Source: a virus. From it: a DNA stretch of 64,000 nucleotides. The notes beneath the pieces were generated by a model. The model saw nothing but the letters and a program-made list of their open reading frames with translations, ran no database searches and was not told where the DNA came from. Location of the stretch: positions 12,168-76,167 of IMG/VR virus record IMGVR_UViG_3300046804_003617; one strand, given 5' to 3'. The first letter of the stretch is position 1, and each line of letters opens with the position of its first letter. The position numbers were made by a program, and so were the translations under genes. Shown one piece after another: positions 38,762 to 47,605 of the stretch.

Positions 38762-40186
38762 TCATCCTCCCAAAAATACTCTACTGCTCATCAGTGAACT
38801 AAGCTGTGATCTCAAAGCGGTCAAACTCATCTGAGACGCATATAGAGATTGCATCTGTTCTCCCCACGCAATGATAGAGGGCGGCATTGTCGGCGTAGTT
38901 GGACCAAGCTTTGTGAAGTGGAAGTGTGCAATAAGTGCTGTCAGCATCTGTATTTGCGTGTTTACATTCAATAACATCCAATCGCACAATGCATACAACC
39001 ACAATACCGTGGTTCTTCCAAGCAATGCCGGTTGATCATTCGCGCCTTCAGTGTTAAAATTCAGATATATCTTTGAAGCATTAAGGGTCATTATGCCCTT
39101 GTTTGATGTGATTGTTGTATTTCCATAAGAATTCAGGCTTAACACCTGATCCGTGGCGATTGTAAGCATTTTCTTGGAAAAGAACATCATTTCGTTTGCT
39201 CTGGATGAAAAGACAATTCTATCACTATTGATTACAACCTGATCTCCATCAAATTTTGGCATAGGAATGCCTTTGGTGACATTCACCAAACCGGTAGTGG
39301 TAGTTGGAACAAACGATGATATAGTTTTTCCTGATGTAATATGAATAGATGAGCCATCCTTGTTTATGTCTTCAAGCGTGTATCCTTTTCCAGTTTTTCC
39401 CTGAGATAATTTTACAGGAGCTTGGCGATTTCTTATCAAGATCATCGGATTTCCACCGTGGTCGGAATATTCTCCCAAGCCACTGTCATTTCCACGATTG
39501 TTATCGTATGCACCAAACCTTATGGAAGATCCAAATCTCGATTGCAGGATGGTATCTCCTTCATATGCCTTTAGTGAGCGAATCTTTGGATTAAACTTGA
39601 AATAGCTTCCAAGCACTCCGGTATAATCTTCTCCTCCCCCAAAGTTCATCTGAGATTTTGGTCCAGTATATGGTTGACCGGTATATTCATTTATGTTTTC
39701 ATCGACGAATCCAGAGTTTCTTTCTGCGGAAAAATCCGCGTTGGCGTTTATGGTGGAGTTTACATTAAGCTTTCTGGTATAAAAATACTTATCCATGTAT
39801 TGACCAACCACTACTATTTCATTCATCAATGGATATTCAACCACTCCGGTATTTTCCAATGGATAAGCCCAATATAACACTTCCTTCTCTGTATTTTTCT
39901 GGCTGTTCAGAAATCTGAATTTTATTCTGCCTATCCAAGAAAAATTCTTGTCGTTTCCATCCGGTTTGCTGCCGTCTATGTTTGGGGGCCAAGTTTCACC
40001 ATCCAATGTTGCATCTCTCATTATTGGATGATTTTCATCCATCACCACATCCAACACAACAGCTTCTTCCAATTCATAGAAAAACACGGAGTCCGGTTTT
40101 CTTTCAATCACAAAACGTTTTGACGCAAGCATATCATCTTGCTTTGTGCTTTGCTCTCCGCGTTTCTCTACGATTTCGTAAGCCAT
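38762..40186 (-). CDS. Baseplate central spike/hub protein (gp5/gpV-like)
   Basis: OB-fold-like GRIKFR..WAYPL..YPLMNEIVVV; EGDTILQSRFGSSIRFG; GDQVVINSDRIVF beta-helix; C-terminal HxH (AHFH..GPT). Confidence 0.72.
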   Translation of the reverse strand: MAYEIVEKRGEQSTKQDDMLASKRFVIERKPDSVFFYELEEAVVLDVVMDENHPIMRDATLDGETWPPNIDGSKPDGNDKNFSWIGRIKFRFLNSQKNTEKEVLYWAYPLENTGVVEYPLMNEIVVVGQYMDKYFYTRKLNVNSTINANADFSAERNSGFVDENINEYTGQPYTGPKSQMNFGGGEDYTGVLGSYFKFNPKIRSLKAYEGDTILQSRFGSSIRFGAYDNNRGNDSGLGEYSDHGGNPMILIRNRQAPVKLSQGKTGKGYTLEDINKDGSSIHITSGKTISSFVPTTTTGLVNVTKGIPMPKFDGDQVVINSDRIVFSSRANEMMFFSKKMLTIATDQVLSLNSYGNTTITSNKGIMTLNASKIYLNFNTEGANDQPALLGRTTVLWLYALCDWMLLNVNTQIQMLTALIAHFHFTKLGPTTPTMPPSIIAWGEQMQSLYASQMSLTALRSQLSSLMSSRVFLGG

Positions 40187-40189
40187 AAA

Positions 40190-40567
40190 TCACTTCTGTT
40201 TCTTGTCAGGAGCTTCCAATTTTGCCACTTGTTTGGCGGTTTCTTCAACGGTGGCCATGAGTTGCTTGCGTTCTTCTTCTGTAAGAAGCATGGATCCACC
40301 CTCTCCATCAGCACCCCCCTTACCGCTTATCATTCTTTGAATAATAGCGGCAAGTTTCACCAACTGTTCATCGTTACGGATACCGACATCGAAATACTCC
40401 TTCAACAGCGGAACAATCATAGTGGCATCGTTGACCGTTTTGATCATATCACGGAGATCTGTGATCAAAATATCAATCTGCTGCTTCTTCTCTTCACTGT
40501 TTTTCACTATGTCTTTGCATAGATCAGAGAAATTCTTGCCCTTGAATATTTCGATGTCGTTATCCAT
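40190..40567 (-). CDS. Hypothetical helical protein
   Basis: 125 aa; TATTTATA at 40571-40578. Confidence 0.7.
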   Translation of the reverse strand: MDNDIEIFKGKNFSDLCKDIVKNSEEKKQQIDILITDLRDMIKTVNDATMIVPLLKEYFDVGIRNDEQLVKLAAIIQRMISGKGGADGEGGSMLLTEEERKQLMATVEETAKQVAKLEAPDKKQK

Positions 40568-40570
40568 GAC

Positions 40571-40578
40571 TATAAATA
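40571..40578 (-). promoter_or_regulatory. Putative phage late promoter (TATTTATA)
   Basis: 3 nt upstream of ATG 40567. Confidence 0.55.
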
Positions 40579-40595
40579 GTCTTTATAATATATAT

Positions 40596-41510
40596 TTAGA
40601 CTCTTGCCCCGCTGATTGTGCCACGGTTAAGATATTCTTCTGCGATGTTTTTCTGGGTAGACTTCATCTTGTTGATTACCTTGGTTATCTTCTGGGTCTG
40701 ACAGTCTGCGATTTCTCGTATATACAGATACAATGCTTTCTTATTATAAACATCAATTCTGTCGGCATTTCTGAAGATTTCGATTACGGCGTGGGCAATC
40801 TTAAGGTCTTTTTCCTTGGTAAACATCTTATGAACATTTCTATCCCAGTATTCTACCATAAGTTCTATGAATTCACGAGTTTCGCTTTCCTGTTTCTCGT
40901 GTTCCGGTTCAATCACAAACTCGCCGGATTCGCCTGTTTGTTCGCATATTTCAACGTGCTTCTTGAAACGCTTGTATGTGGTGTTGTTGTCTAAAATAAA
41001 CCAATTCTTGGCAACAATGCTGAAGTAGCTGAATGCCTTACCTTTGCCTGGCTCATACTTGTCTATATTAGCCACCATATGTGATATAGCTTGCTTTTGA
41101 ATTTCAAGGGGACTTACGTCAGCATAACTGAATTTGAACGTGTTATAAACGTTTTCTGCTATCTTGAAAAAGGCTTGCTGAATATGCGCATTATAGATTT
41201 TGTCCTTTTCTCGCGGATCTTCGGACTTGTTGTATGCGATGATGGCAGCTTCTGTTTCTGGAGTAAAATAAACATTTGAACCTCTTGATGGAGATCCTTC
41301 AGTTTTCTTGTTTTTTGCTCCCTTTGGTCTGCCTCTTGGTCTTTTTATTACGTCGTGAACTACTTCGGCTTGGTGTTGTAGCACCACTTTTTTTATCTTT
41401 TTATTGACCTTGTTCTTTTTCTTGGTCTTGATTATCTTTTTGATTTTCTTGACTTTTTTGACTTTGGCTTGTTTTTTGATCTTTTTAAGAATTTTCTTCT
41501 TTTTCTTCAT
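40596..41510 (-). CDS. Phage sigma factor (gp55-like, late transcription) with Lys-rich N-terminus and AT-hook
   Basis: YFTPETE.AI..YN, FFKIAENV, KYEPGKGKAFSYFSIVAKN (sigma region 2-like); KRPRGRPKG AT-hook. Confidence 0.72.
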   Translation of the reverse strand: MKKKKKILKKIKKQAKVKKVKKIKKIIKTKKKNKVNKKIKKVVLQHQAEVVHDVIKRPRGRPKGAKNKKTEGSPSRGSNVYFTPETEAAIIAYNKSEDPREKDKIYNAHIQQAFFKIAENVYNTFKFSYADVSPLEIQKQAISHMVANIDKYEPGKGKAFSYFSIVAKNWFILDNNTTYKRFKKHVEICEQTGESGEFVIEPEHEKQESETREFIELMVEYWDRNVHKMFTKEKDLKIAHAVIEIFRNADRIDVYNKKALYLYIREIADCQTQKITKVINKMKSTQKNIAEEYLNRGTISGARV

Positions 41511-41513
41511 ATT

Positions 41514-41768
41514 TTATTTGATTTTCTCGTCAAACTCTTTGGTGATTCTTACGATTTCGGTGAATATAAATCCAACATCATCGTCCTTCTCGAACAGATT
41601 TCTGTCATCCACTGCCTTTATTCTTGTATACACCTGATCTATTTCATTGCGAAACATATCAAGCCAATCCTCATATACTTCAATCTTTTTGACGAGATTG
41701 TAGCACGCATATCCCAGCGCGCAAGTCGCCAAGAAAAATATAACCATTAACGTCCATAGTATCCACAT
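41514..41768 (-). CDS. Small membrane-anchored protein
   Basis: N-terminal hydrophobic helix followed by a coiled coil. Confidence 0.7.
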   Translation of the reverse strand: MWILWTLMVIFFLATCALGYACYNLVKKIEVYEDWLDMFRNEIDQVYTRIKAVDDRNLFEKDDDVGFIFTEIVRITKEFDEKIK

Positions 41769-41773
41769 AAATT

Positions 41774-41929
41774 TTATTCTTCGTCTTCTTCGTCGTCTTC
41801 CTCGACTTCATAACCAAGCTCCTCCTTGATTATGTATAATGCTTCTTCGACGGATGGCCAACTGCGGCTATCAAGAGCATATTCCAATAGTTCTTTGACT
41901 TCTTCGATGTTATCTGGATCAATTTTCAT
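41774..41929 (-). CDS. Small acidic protein (51 aa)
   Basis: Below the ORF-track cutoff. MKIDPDNIEEVKELLEYALDSRSWPSVEEALYIIKEELGYEVEEDDEEDEE fills the gap exactly and has an ATGA overlap with the def stop. Confidence 0.7.
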   Translation of the reverse strand: MKIDPDNIEEVKELLEYALDSRSWPSVEEALYIIKEELGYEVEEDDEEDEE

Positions 41930-42543
41930 ACGATTTTCCATCCTTGTTCTACGAGTTCAAGGGCTTTCTTGTATTTTATATATTGGGTCTCTCCGTTTTT
42001 TTCCACAATTACCTTATCATTTCTGCCGTGTTTGACCTTTTTTTCGACTTGCTTGATAAATTTGGTTCCTTCGTCGATCATAAGTTTCCCATTCAAGTGG
42101 TCTATTTCGTGCTGCACACAGATGGATTCCAGTATTCCTACATCGTCATACACGCTTTCTTTTGTAGGAGGATTTGTGTCCGGACCAAATGGAATTGGAT
42201 TGGCGTGATTAAGAGTGGATACTGTGACTCTCATTCTACGCAATGTATTGCAGCTTTTACCGGGCAAGCTCAAGCAGCCCTCCAGATAAACAATCTTGTC
42301 TTCACTTGTCTCGGTTATGACGGGATTCATCAAAATAACAGGTGCTTGGCCTTTTCTGGCTCTGATCACAGAAACGCTTTTGGATATTCCAATTTGGTTG
42401 GCGGATAGTCCAACTCCGCCAAACGGCAAAGAATCCAATGTTTCTATCAGCTTGTTTGCTATTTCTTGACCTTCTTCTATTGATGCAACCGGACTTGTCG
42501 GCTTGCGTAGATAATCCTTATCTTTGACTATTTTGTAACTCAT
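41926..42543 (-). CDS. def: Peptide deformylase
   Basis: GVGLSANQIG, EGCLS, QHEIDHLNG; likely start MSYKIV at 42543. Confidence 0.92.
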   Translation of the reverse strand: MSYKIVKDKDYLRKPTSPVASIEEGQEIANKLIETLDSLPFGGVGLSANQIGISKSVSVIRARKGQAPVILMNPVITETSEDKIVYLEGCLSLPGKSCNTLRRMRVTVSTLNHANPIPFGPDTNPPTKESVYDDVGILESICVQHEIDHLNGKLMIDEGTKFIKQVEKKVKHGRNDKVIVEKNGETQYIKYKKALELVEQGWKIV

Positions 42544-42618
42544 GTATGTGAATGATTTATAGATACAATTCACATATATATCTATTTGTTTTACTTTGTC
42601 AAATTATAATAAAACAAA

Positions 42619-44160
42619 TTATGGCTGAGGACGGTTGAAATGTTCCTGTTCTCTAAGAATGGGGGATGGTGCTGGTGGTGGTTCTGGTATTGGTTCCATA
42701 CGTTCTCTCAGTTCCGCATCATAGTCATCCTGTATTTCGGGCTCTGAACTTGGTTGTGGAGTTTCTGATGGTATAGGAGTTGGTTCCGGAGTCGGGGTTG
42801 GTGTAAAAGTAGGTGTGGAAGTTGGAGTAGGAGTTGGTTCCGGAGTGGACGTTGGTGTGGGACTTGGAGTCAATGTTGGTGTTGGTGTCGGGGTAGGAGA
42901 CGGAGCAGGTTCATCTTTCTTCTTTTTCTCCGCCAAAACATTATACGCGAGAATCAGACACACTGCGAGCGGATCAAATACCGCCATAATAGACCATATG
43001 AAATAGTTCACCGCTTTGTCCAAGGGAATACCAAGACTGTTTGCTATGAACTTGAATGTGCCTACATCGGTATGCACGATCTTCTCTTTCAGTCCAGTAT
43101 TTTCATTTCTTAAGTTCTGTATATTGGTCTGGTATTCTGTTATCTTCTTTTTTCCAGCCTCTTCCATATCTCCCTTTTTGCCGTTCAGAGAAGTAACTTT
43201 GTTGTCAGATTCTTTGTTGTATGCGTCTATGGATGCTGTGATTTCCTGCACTTCGCTTTCCAGCTTCTTTACATTTGCTTCTATGTCTCCTCGCTGGCTT
43301 TTGCTTCTGTTTTCGATGGCGGAAACACGATCATTATATTCCTTTACCTGTGTCGCGTATTGTCCACGCAGCTTTTCTATTCTGTCCTGAACAGCCTTGA
43401 TCTGAGCATCGATGTCGCCGCGTTCTTTTGCCTGACCTTCCTTGACCGCTCTTGCTTTATCTAATCCATTTTTCTTAAACAGTCCGCCGGAACCTTCTTC
43501 CATCCATTTCTGAACTTCCTTGTCTAATATTTCCAAACGAGAGTTGTATAGCTTGATCTGTTCAAGCTCGCGTGCTATGTCGGTGTCAGTAGATGTTTTT
43601 GACAATTCGAGTGCTTGCTTTGCCGCCGCAATATCCGTCGAAGCATCTTGATTTGTATTAGCAGATTTGCGGACGTTTTCTATTTGCCTGTTCTTCTGTT
43701 CTATCAGTTGAAGCTTTTGTTCTATGAACTTTTTTCTGTTTACATCCACCGCCGCTATTTCTTCTACGTTATAGTCCGATTTCTTTATCGTTTCTATTTC
43801 TTTCTCATACTCTTTTATCTTAACATTGTTGGCTTCTATATTCTGCTCATACCCTTGAACTGTTATGGATGTTGCATTGTATCCTGCACTTAAATACCCG
43901 TATATTCCAATGGATGTAATACCCATAAGGAACAGTGTGGCAATCAACATATATGACTTCATCCACCATCCTATATCTTTCCACTTCTGCTTCAAAAATG
44001 TCGCGGTTATCAGTTTGCCTACTTCCAGTGCAGTTCCCATCACAACGATACTTATGCCTCCACCAACAAACAAAAGCTTAAGTCCTATAATGCTGAAATA
44101 CGCACCGCATATCGATATTGCGATACCGCTTAACAGCACTAAAATTGCCAATATATTCAT
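42619..44160 (-). CDS. Membrane protein with long coiled coil and C-terminal Pro-Thr repeat
   Basis: Three N-terminal TM segments (YFSIIGL, LEVGKL, TSIGIYGYLS), coiled coil, a TM with VFDPLAV, then (PT)n; likely start MNILAIL at 44160. Confidence 0.75.
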   Translation of the reverse strand: MNILAILVLLSGIAISICGAYFSIIGLKLLFVGGGISIVVMGTALEVGKLITATFLKQKWKDIGWWMKSYMLIATLFLMGITSIGIYGYLSAGYNATSITVQGYEQNIEANNVKIKEYEKEIETIKKSDYNVEEIAAVDVNRKKFIEQKLQLIEQKNRQIENVRKSANTNQDASTDIAAAKQALELSKTSTDTDIARELEQIKLYNSRLEILDKEVQKWMEEGSGGLFKKNGLDKARAVKEGQAKERGDIDAQIKAVQDRIEKLRGQYATQVKEYNDRVSAIENRSKSQRGDIEANVKKLESEVQEITASIDAYNKESDNKVTSLNGKKGDMEEAGKKKITEYQTNIQNLRNENTGLKEKIVHTDVGTFKFIANSLGIPLDKAVNYFIWSIMAVFDPLAVCLILAYNVLAEKKKKDEPAPSPTPTPTPTLTPSPTPTSTPEPTPTPTSTPTFTPTPTPEPTPIPSETPQPSSEPEIQDDYDAELRERMEPIPEPPPAPSPILREQEHFNRPQP

Positions 44161-44184
44161 ATTAAAATAAATATCGTATATACC

Positions 44185-44216
44185 AAAAAACAAAACCCCG
44201 AAACTTTGTCTTCGGA
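44185..44216 (-). terminator. Probable rho-independent terminator
   Basis: On the minus strand, tccgaa...ttcggg followed by ttttgtttttt. Confidence 0.5.
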
Positions 44217-44242
44217 TATCTTTTGTTCGTGCCGACTAAACA

Positions 44243-45064
44243 TCACGCGGTCGCAACGTCCAACAATTTTGCTTTTGATTTTATCAAATTAAACAGTTGT
44301 TGCGGATCTATTTCATCCGCAACTTTTAACTTTTCCAAATCAACTTCTTCGGCTACTTTTTGTGCGGAAACAAGCTCATCTACGCTAATTATACCGGCTC
44401 TCGCCAACAAATGTGCAACAAACTCCGAACAAAAAAACTGGTCTTGACCCGTCTCTTCGGCGTTTATTTTTGATTTTTTGAATCTATTGACCAAATTCCA
44501 CATTTTCGGAAATTTTTCCTTAATCTGTCTGATTATTCCCTTGCTATCATATCCCTCTTCACCGGCCTTTAGCATCGACTTCAATTGTTCATATGCTTTG
44601 ATTATTTTTGACTCGTCGCCGCCGAGGTTGAAAATTATATAATTTTGCGGGTTGTCTTTTATTTCACTTCCGTCTCTGAAACCAACTCCCGATGTTACCG
44701 CATCCAGTATTCTACCATCGCTCATAACAAATCCGGCGTGATTCACTCCTTGCAAATCGCCGTGGATAATTTTATTCACGATTTGTATACCGGATCCAAA
44801 ACTGGTCTGTTTATCCGGATTTAATTTTTCCTGACCCTTTTTAATTGCCCTCGCAACAATCGGAATATTTCCTCCCAATTTTGCAGCCAAATCCAAAAAT
44901 ATTACAGGCAGATTGAATTTTGTTATATCAAAAAATACTTTTATACCAGGAACTTCGGTCTTCCATTGCCCAGACTTGGCATCTTTAACGACGGGATCAA
45001 TTTCTTGAAGATTTATTTCTTCGATAGCTTCTCGGATCAATGCTCTGAGTTCGGACTTCTTCAT
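44243..45064 (-). CDS. Permuted papain-like (YiiX/YebB, NlpC/P60 superfamily) enzyme
   Basis: His before Cys: NHAGFV...GYD...FFCSEFVA...IDPQQL; N-terminal leader MKKSELRALIREAIEEINLQE. Confidence 0.75.
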   Translation of the reverse strand: MKKSELRALIREAIEEINLQEIDPVVKDAKSGQWKTEVPGIKVFFDITKFNLPVIFLDLAAKLGGNIPIVARAIKKGQEKLNPDKQTSFGSGIQIVNKIIHGDLQGVNHAGFVMSDGRILDAVTSGVGFRDGSEIKDNPQNYIIFNLGGDESKIIKAYEQLKSMLKAGEEGYDSKGIIRQIKEKFPKMWNLVNRFKKSKINAEETGQDQFFCSEFVAHLLARAGIISVDELVSAQKVAEEVDLEKLKVADEIDPQQLFNLIKSKAKLLDVATA

Positions 45065-45100
45065 ATTATAATAAATGAGGTATACTCATAAATATATATA

Positions 45101-45134
45101 AAAAACAAAAAACCCAGATTTTGCTCTGGGTTTT
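45101..45134 (-). terminator. Rho-independent terminator
   Basis: Stem aaaacccaga/tctgggtttt plus U-tract directly after the MTase stop. Confidence 0.75.
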
Positions 45135-45137
45135 ATA

Positions 45138-45923
45138 TCAAGCTGTTACGTCAAAGAATTCCGTCTTTTCTTTGACAACCTTGTTGTCTTCGTGCCATTT
45201 GATTCTAGTTTGGCACTTCTCATAATACTCTGGACTAATTTCCGAGCTATAGCAATTGCGGTTCAAGTGCTGACACGCGATGTATGTTGTAGCAGAGCCG
45301 CCAAATGGATCAACCACAACGTCGCCTTCGTTAGTATGCTTATTGATAAGCTCTTGGAACAGTTCGAGTGACTTCTGAGTGGGATGAATGCGATCAATTT
45401 CGCGCTTACCTTGATAAATAGGATATTCATAGATACCATTGTCATACTCAGAATTGAATGTAGCCTTTCCTCCCTTTACACAAGATATGGCAATCTCACG
45501 AGCATTGCTAAGATATGTTGCCTTGGAATTGATCGGCACAGGATTGGTCTTTACCCATTCGATGAAACGCAACTTGCCAAACTTGTGCTTTTCAAGCAGC
45601 TTGCTTAGTGTTTCAATCTTCCAAAGATCAAAGAAGATGATGCAAGATCCGCCATTCTTCAAGATGCGGCTGAACTCCTTGATAAACTCTTCAAGATTAT
45701 CCAAAGTAAAGTTATTGTCCCAATCACCATAGTTTGTCTGGATGGCATACTTGGTTCCATACTTCGCCTTTGATTTCTCATCATCGCTGGCATTGAACAA
45801 AGCATCCATACCAGTCTTTTTGGAGATGATGTATGGAGGATCAGTAAGCACAAGATCAACGGTCTTGCTCTTGATCTTTTTAAGCATTTCCAACCCGTCC
45901 ATATGATGATATCCGTAATTCAT
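45138..45923 (-). CDS. DNA methyltransferase (N6-adenine/N4-cytosine, beta class)
   Basis: LTDPPY, HPTQKS, VVDPFGGSATT. Confidence 0.9.
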   Translation of the reverse strand: MNYGYHHMDGLEMLKKIKSKTVDLVLTDPPYIISKKTGMDALFNASDDEKSKAKYGTKYAIQTNYGDWDNNFTLDNLEEFIKEFSRILKNGGSCIIFFDLWKIETLSKLLEKHKFGKLRFIEWVKTNPVPINSKATYLSNAREIAISCVKGGKATFNSEYDNGIYEYPIYQGKREIDRIHPTQKSLELFQELINKHTNEGDVVVDPFGGSATTYIACQHLNRNCYSSEISPEYYEKCQTRIKWHEDNKVVKEKTEFFDVTA

Positions 45924-45932
45924 ATGGATACA

Positions 45933-45960
45933 ACTATATGGTTATAGTATAAAATGTCAA
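45933..45960 (-). promoter_or_regulatory. Sigma70-like promoter TTGACA-16-TATAGT
   Basis: The -35 overlaps the TGA of the upstream gene; lies upstream of the MTase. Confidence 0.55.
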
Positions 45961-47486
45961 GCAGTTTTATTAATCTTTTTCTTGGTAGATATGAATCCTA
46001 TTGGTCTATTCGAAGGATCGTTTGATAGTCCGTTCCAAGAAAATCTAAAACTCATATTTTGAAAATTTTCAGTTTTAATTTCTAAATTATTATTTTTTTG
46101 ATCCATATCGATGGTAACTTGATATGCAAAGGATCCATAATTTAATATACCGTTTAACAATTCCACTGCTTTGGCGTTTTTATTTAAAACTTTTACTATA
46201 TATGATCCCATCGGATAGTAGATATATCCATTTAATTTTGAGTTTTTCTGGTCATACATCAAGCCCAGTGTTTTGTCTGACGTTTTTGACCCACCCAAAA
46301 TTTGATATACAGAATTTAGCCCGGAAATAAAAGCATTCTTGTCAAGGTTGGCGACAACGAAGTTAAACCATTCGTTTAAATCATCCTGAGACAAAGATTT
46401 TAAAGTTGGTCCATTATTTGGAACTGACATATTATTTAATAACCGTATAATCTCCGCTTTCTTATCTTGTAAACGAGTATTATAAAATTCTTCTATGTTT
46501 GATACAGTTGTTCTTATTTTGGATACATTCATCAAAGATTTAATAATTCTATATTCATCTATATTACGTTGTATTAATAGATTATTTGGCTCTCCGCTCA
46601 CGTTGATGAATTTATCCAAAATAAAGTTTAAATTCGCCATACCGGTGGAACTTCCTTCTTTGGATTTTACGCTAAAAAATGTTTCTGGAACAGTATCTAT
46701 TTTATAATCCCAGAAAGGGGAATTTGATTCTGGAGAAAATGATATTTTCTTTGCCTTTTTATTAGTGGATAAACTATGCAATCCCGCTAAAACTTCTCCA
46801 AAATTTTTACTTAATATCGAGATGTCTTTAGAATTAATTTTAAAATCTCCTTGAATTGAATAATTTTTACTATATTCTTGAAGAGGCTCTTCTAGAGGAA
46901 CGTCAATCGTAATTCCTGATACCGCTTCTATACATTTGTGCAGATACTTTTTTATTTCGTTATATTCTGGCTCTGGATATACCGTCTTAATATTGTTGAA
47001 CACAAAATATGCTAATTTTTCTTTACTATCAAAGCTTTGTCCTACCAGATCTAAACTGCTCGGTGCAAATTCTTTGGAATTTGTCCCGCCCGGAATCACT
47101 GCTCCTATTATCTCCGAAGAATCTTTTGGAGTTTCCGCGTCTGTCGGTTTTCTTATAGCATTTAAATTTAAAAGACCCTCCAATCCAGAATCTAACATTT
47201 TTACTTTGGCATATTTTCCACTTTTTATTGTTCCTTTCCTTTCCGTTCCAGAAGATTTTATTTCTATAAAATCGGGGTCAAGTATGTTCAATTCTTGCCG
47301 CATTGTCACAGAATCGATTGGATTATAATCTGTTCCAAATAATTGCGAATCTTTTTCTACTTTATATATTTTTTGGGGGTCATACACTCTCTTAACATAC
47401 CAGTCCCAAGTAACGCCCTTAGAGCAATTTCCCATCAAATTAACCTCGTTTTGGATACTTTCCAATATACTTTTCAGCTTTATCAT
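45957..47486 (-). CDS. Hypothetical protein, possible PD-(D/E)xK-type nuclease
   Basis: KNFGEVLAG...SPFWDY...FSVKSK pattern; MIKLKSILE leader; AT-rich; TATTTATA at 47492-47499. Confidence 0.5.
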   Translation of the reverse strand: MIKLKSILESIQNEVNLMGNCSKGVTWDWYVKRVYDPQKIYKVEKDSQLFGTDYNPIDSVTMRQELNILDPDFIEIKSSGTERKGTIKSGKYAKVKMLDSGLEGLLNLNAIRKPTDAETPKDSSEIIGAVIPGGTNSKEFAPSSLDLVGQSFDSKEKLAYFVFNNIKTVYPEPEYNEIKKYLHKCIEAVSGITIDVPLEEPLQEYSKNYSIQGDFKINSKDISILSKNFGEVLAGLHSLSTNKKAKKISFSPESNSPFWDYKIDTVPETFFSVKSKEGSSTGMANLNFILDKFINVSGEPNNLLIQRNIDEYRIIKSLMNVSKIRTTVSNIEEFYNTRLQDKKAEIIRLLNNMSVPNNGPTLKSLSQDDLNEWFNFVVANLDKNAFISGLNSVYQILGGSKTSDKTLGLMYDQKNSKLNGYIYYPMGSYIVKVLNKNAKAVELLNGILNYGSFAYQVTIDMDQKNNNLEIKTENFQNMSFRFSWNGLSNDPSNRPIGFISTKKKINKTA

Positions 47487-47491
47487 ATTAC

Positions 47492-47499
47492 TATAAATA
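47492..47499 (-). promoter_or_regulatory. Putative phage late promoter (TATTTATA)
   Basis: Between the dnaK terminator and ATG 47486. Confidence 0.6.
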
Positions 47500-47511
47500 T
47501 ATATAAACTAT

Positions 47512-47543
47512 AAAAAACAACCCCACATTTCTGTGGGGTTGTT
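47512..47543 (-). terminator. Rho-independent terminator after dnaK
   Basis: 12-bp stem aacaaccccaca/tgtggggttgtt with U-tract. Confidence 0.8.
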
Positions 47544-47605
47544 AGGGGTGACTGAACTCATATCACCCTCCACCAGTCAGCATAATGGCTGACACATATA
47601 ACCTT

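Noticed and set aside
47540-47596. Selenocysteine or TGA read-through of the MCQPLC micro-ORF
   Set aside because: The extended peptide has no recognisable features and runs into the terminator; no supporting sel genes in the window.
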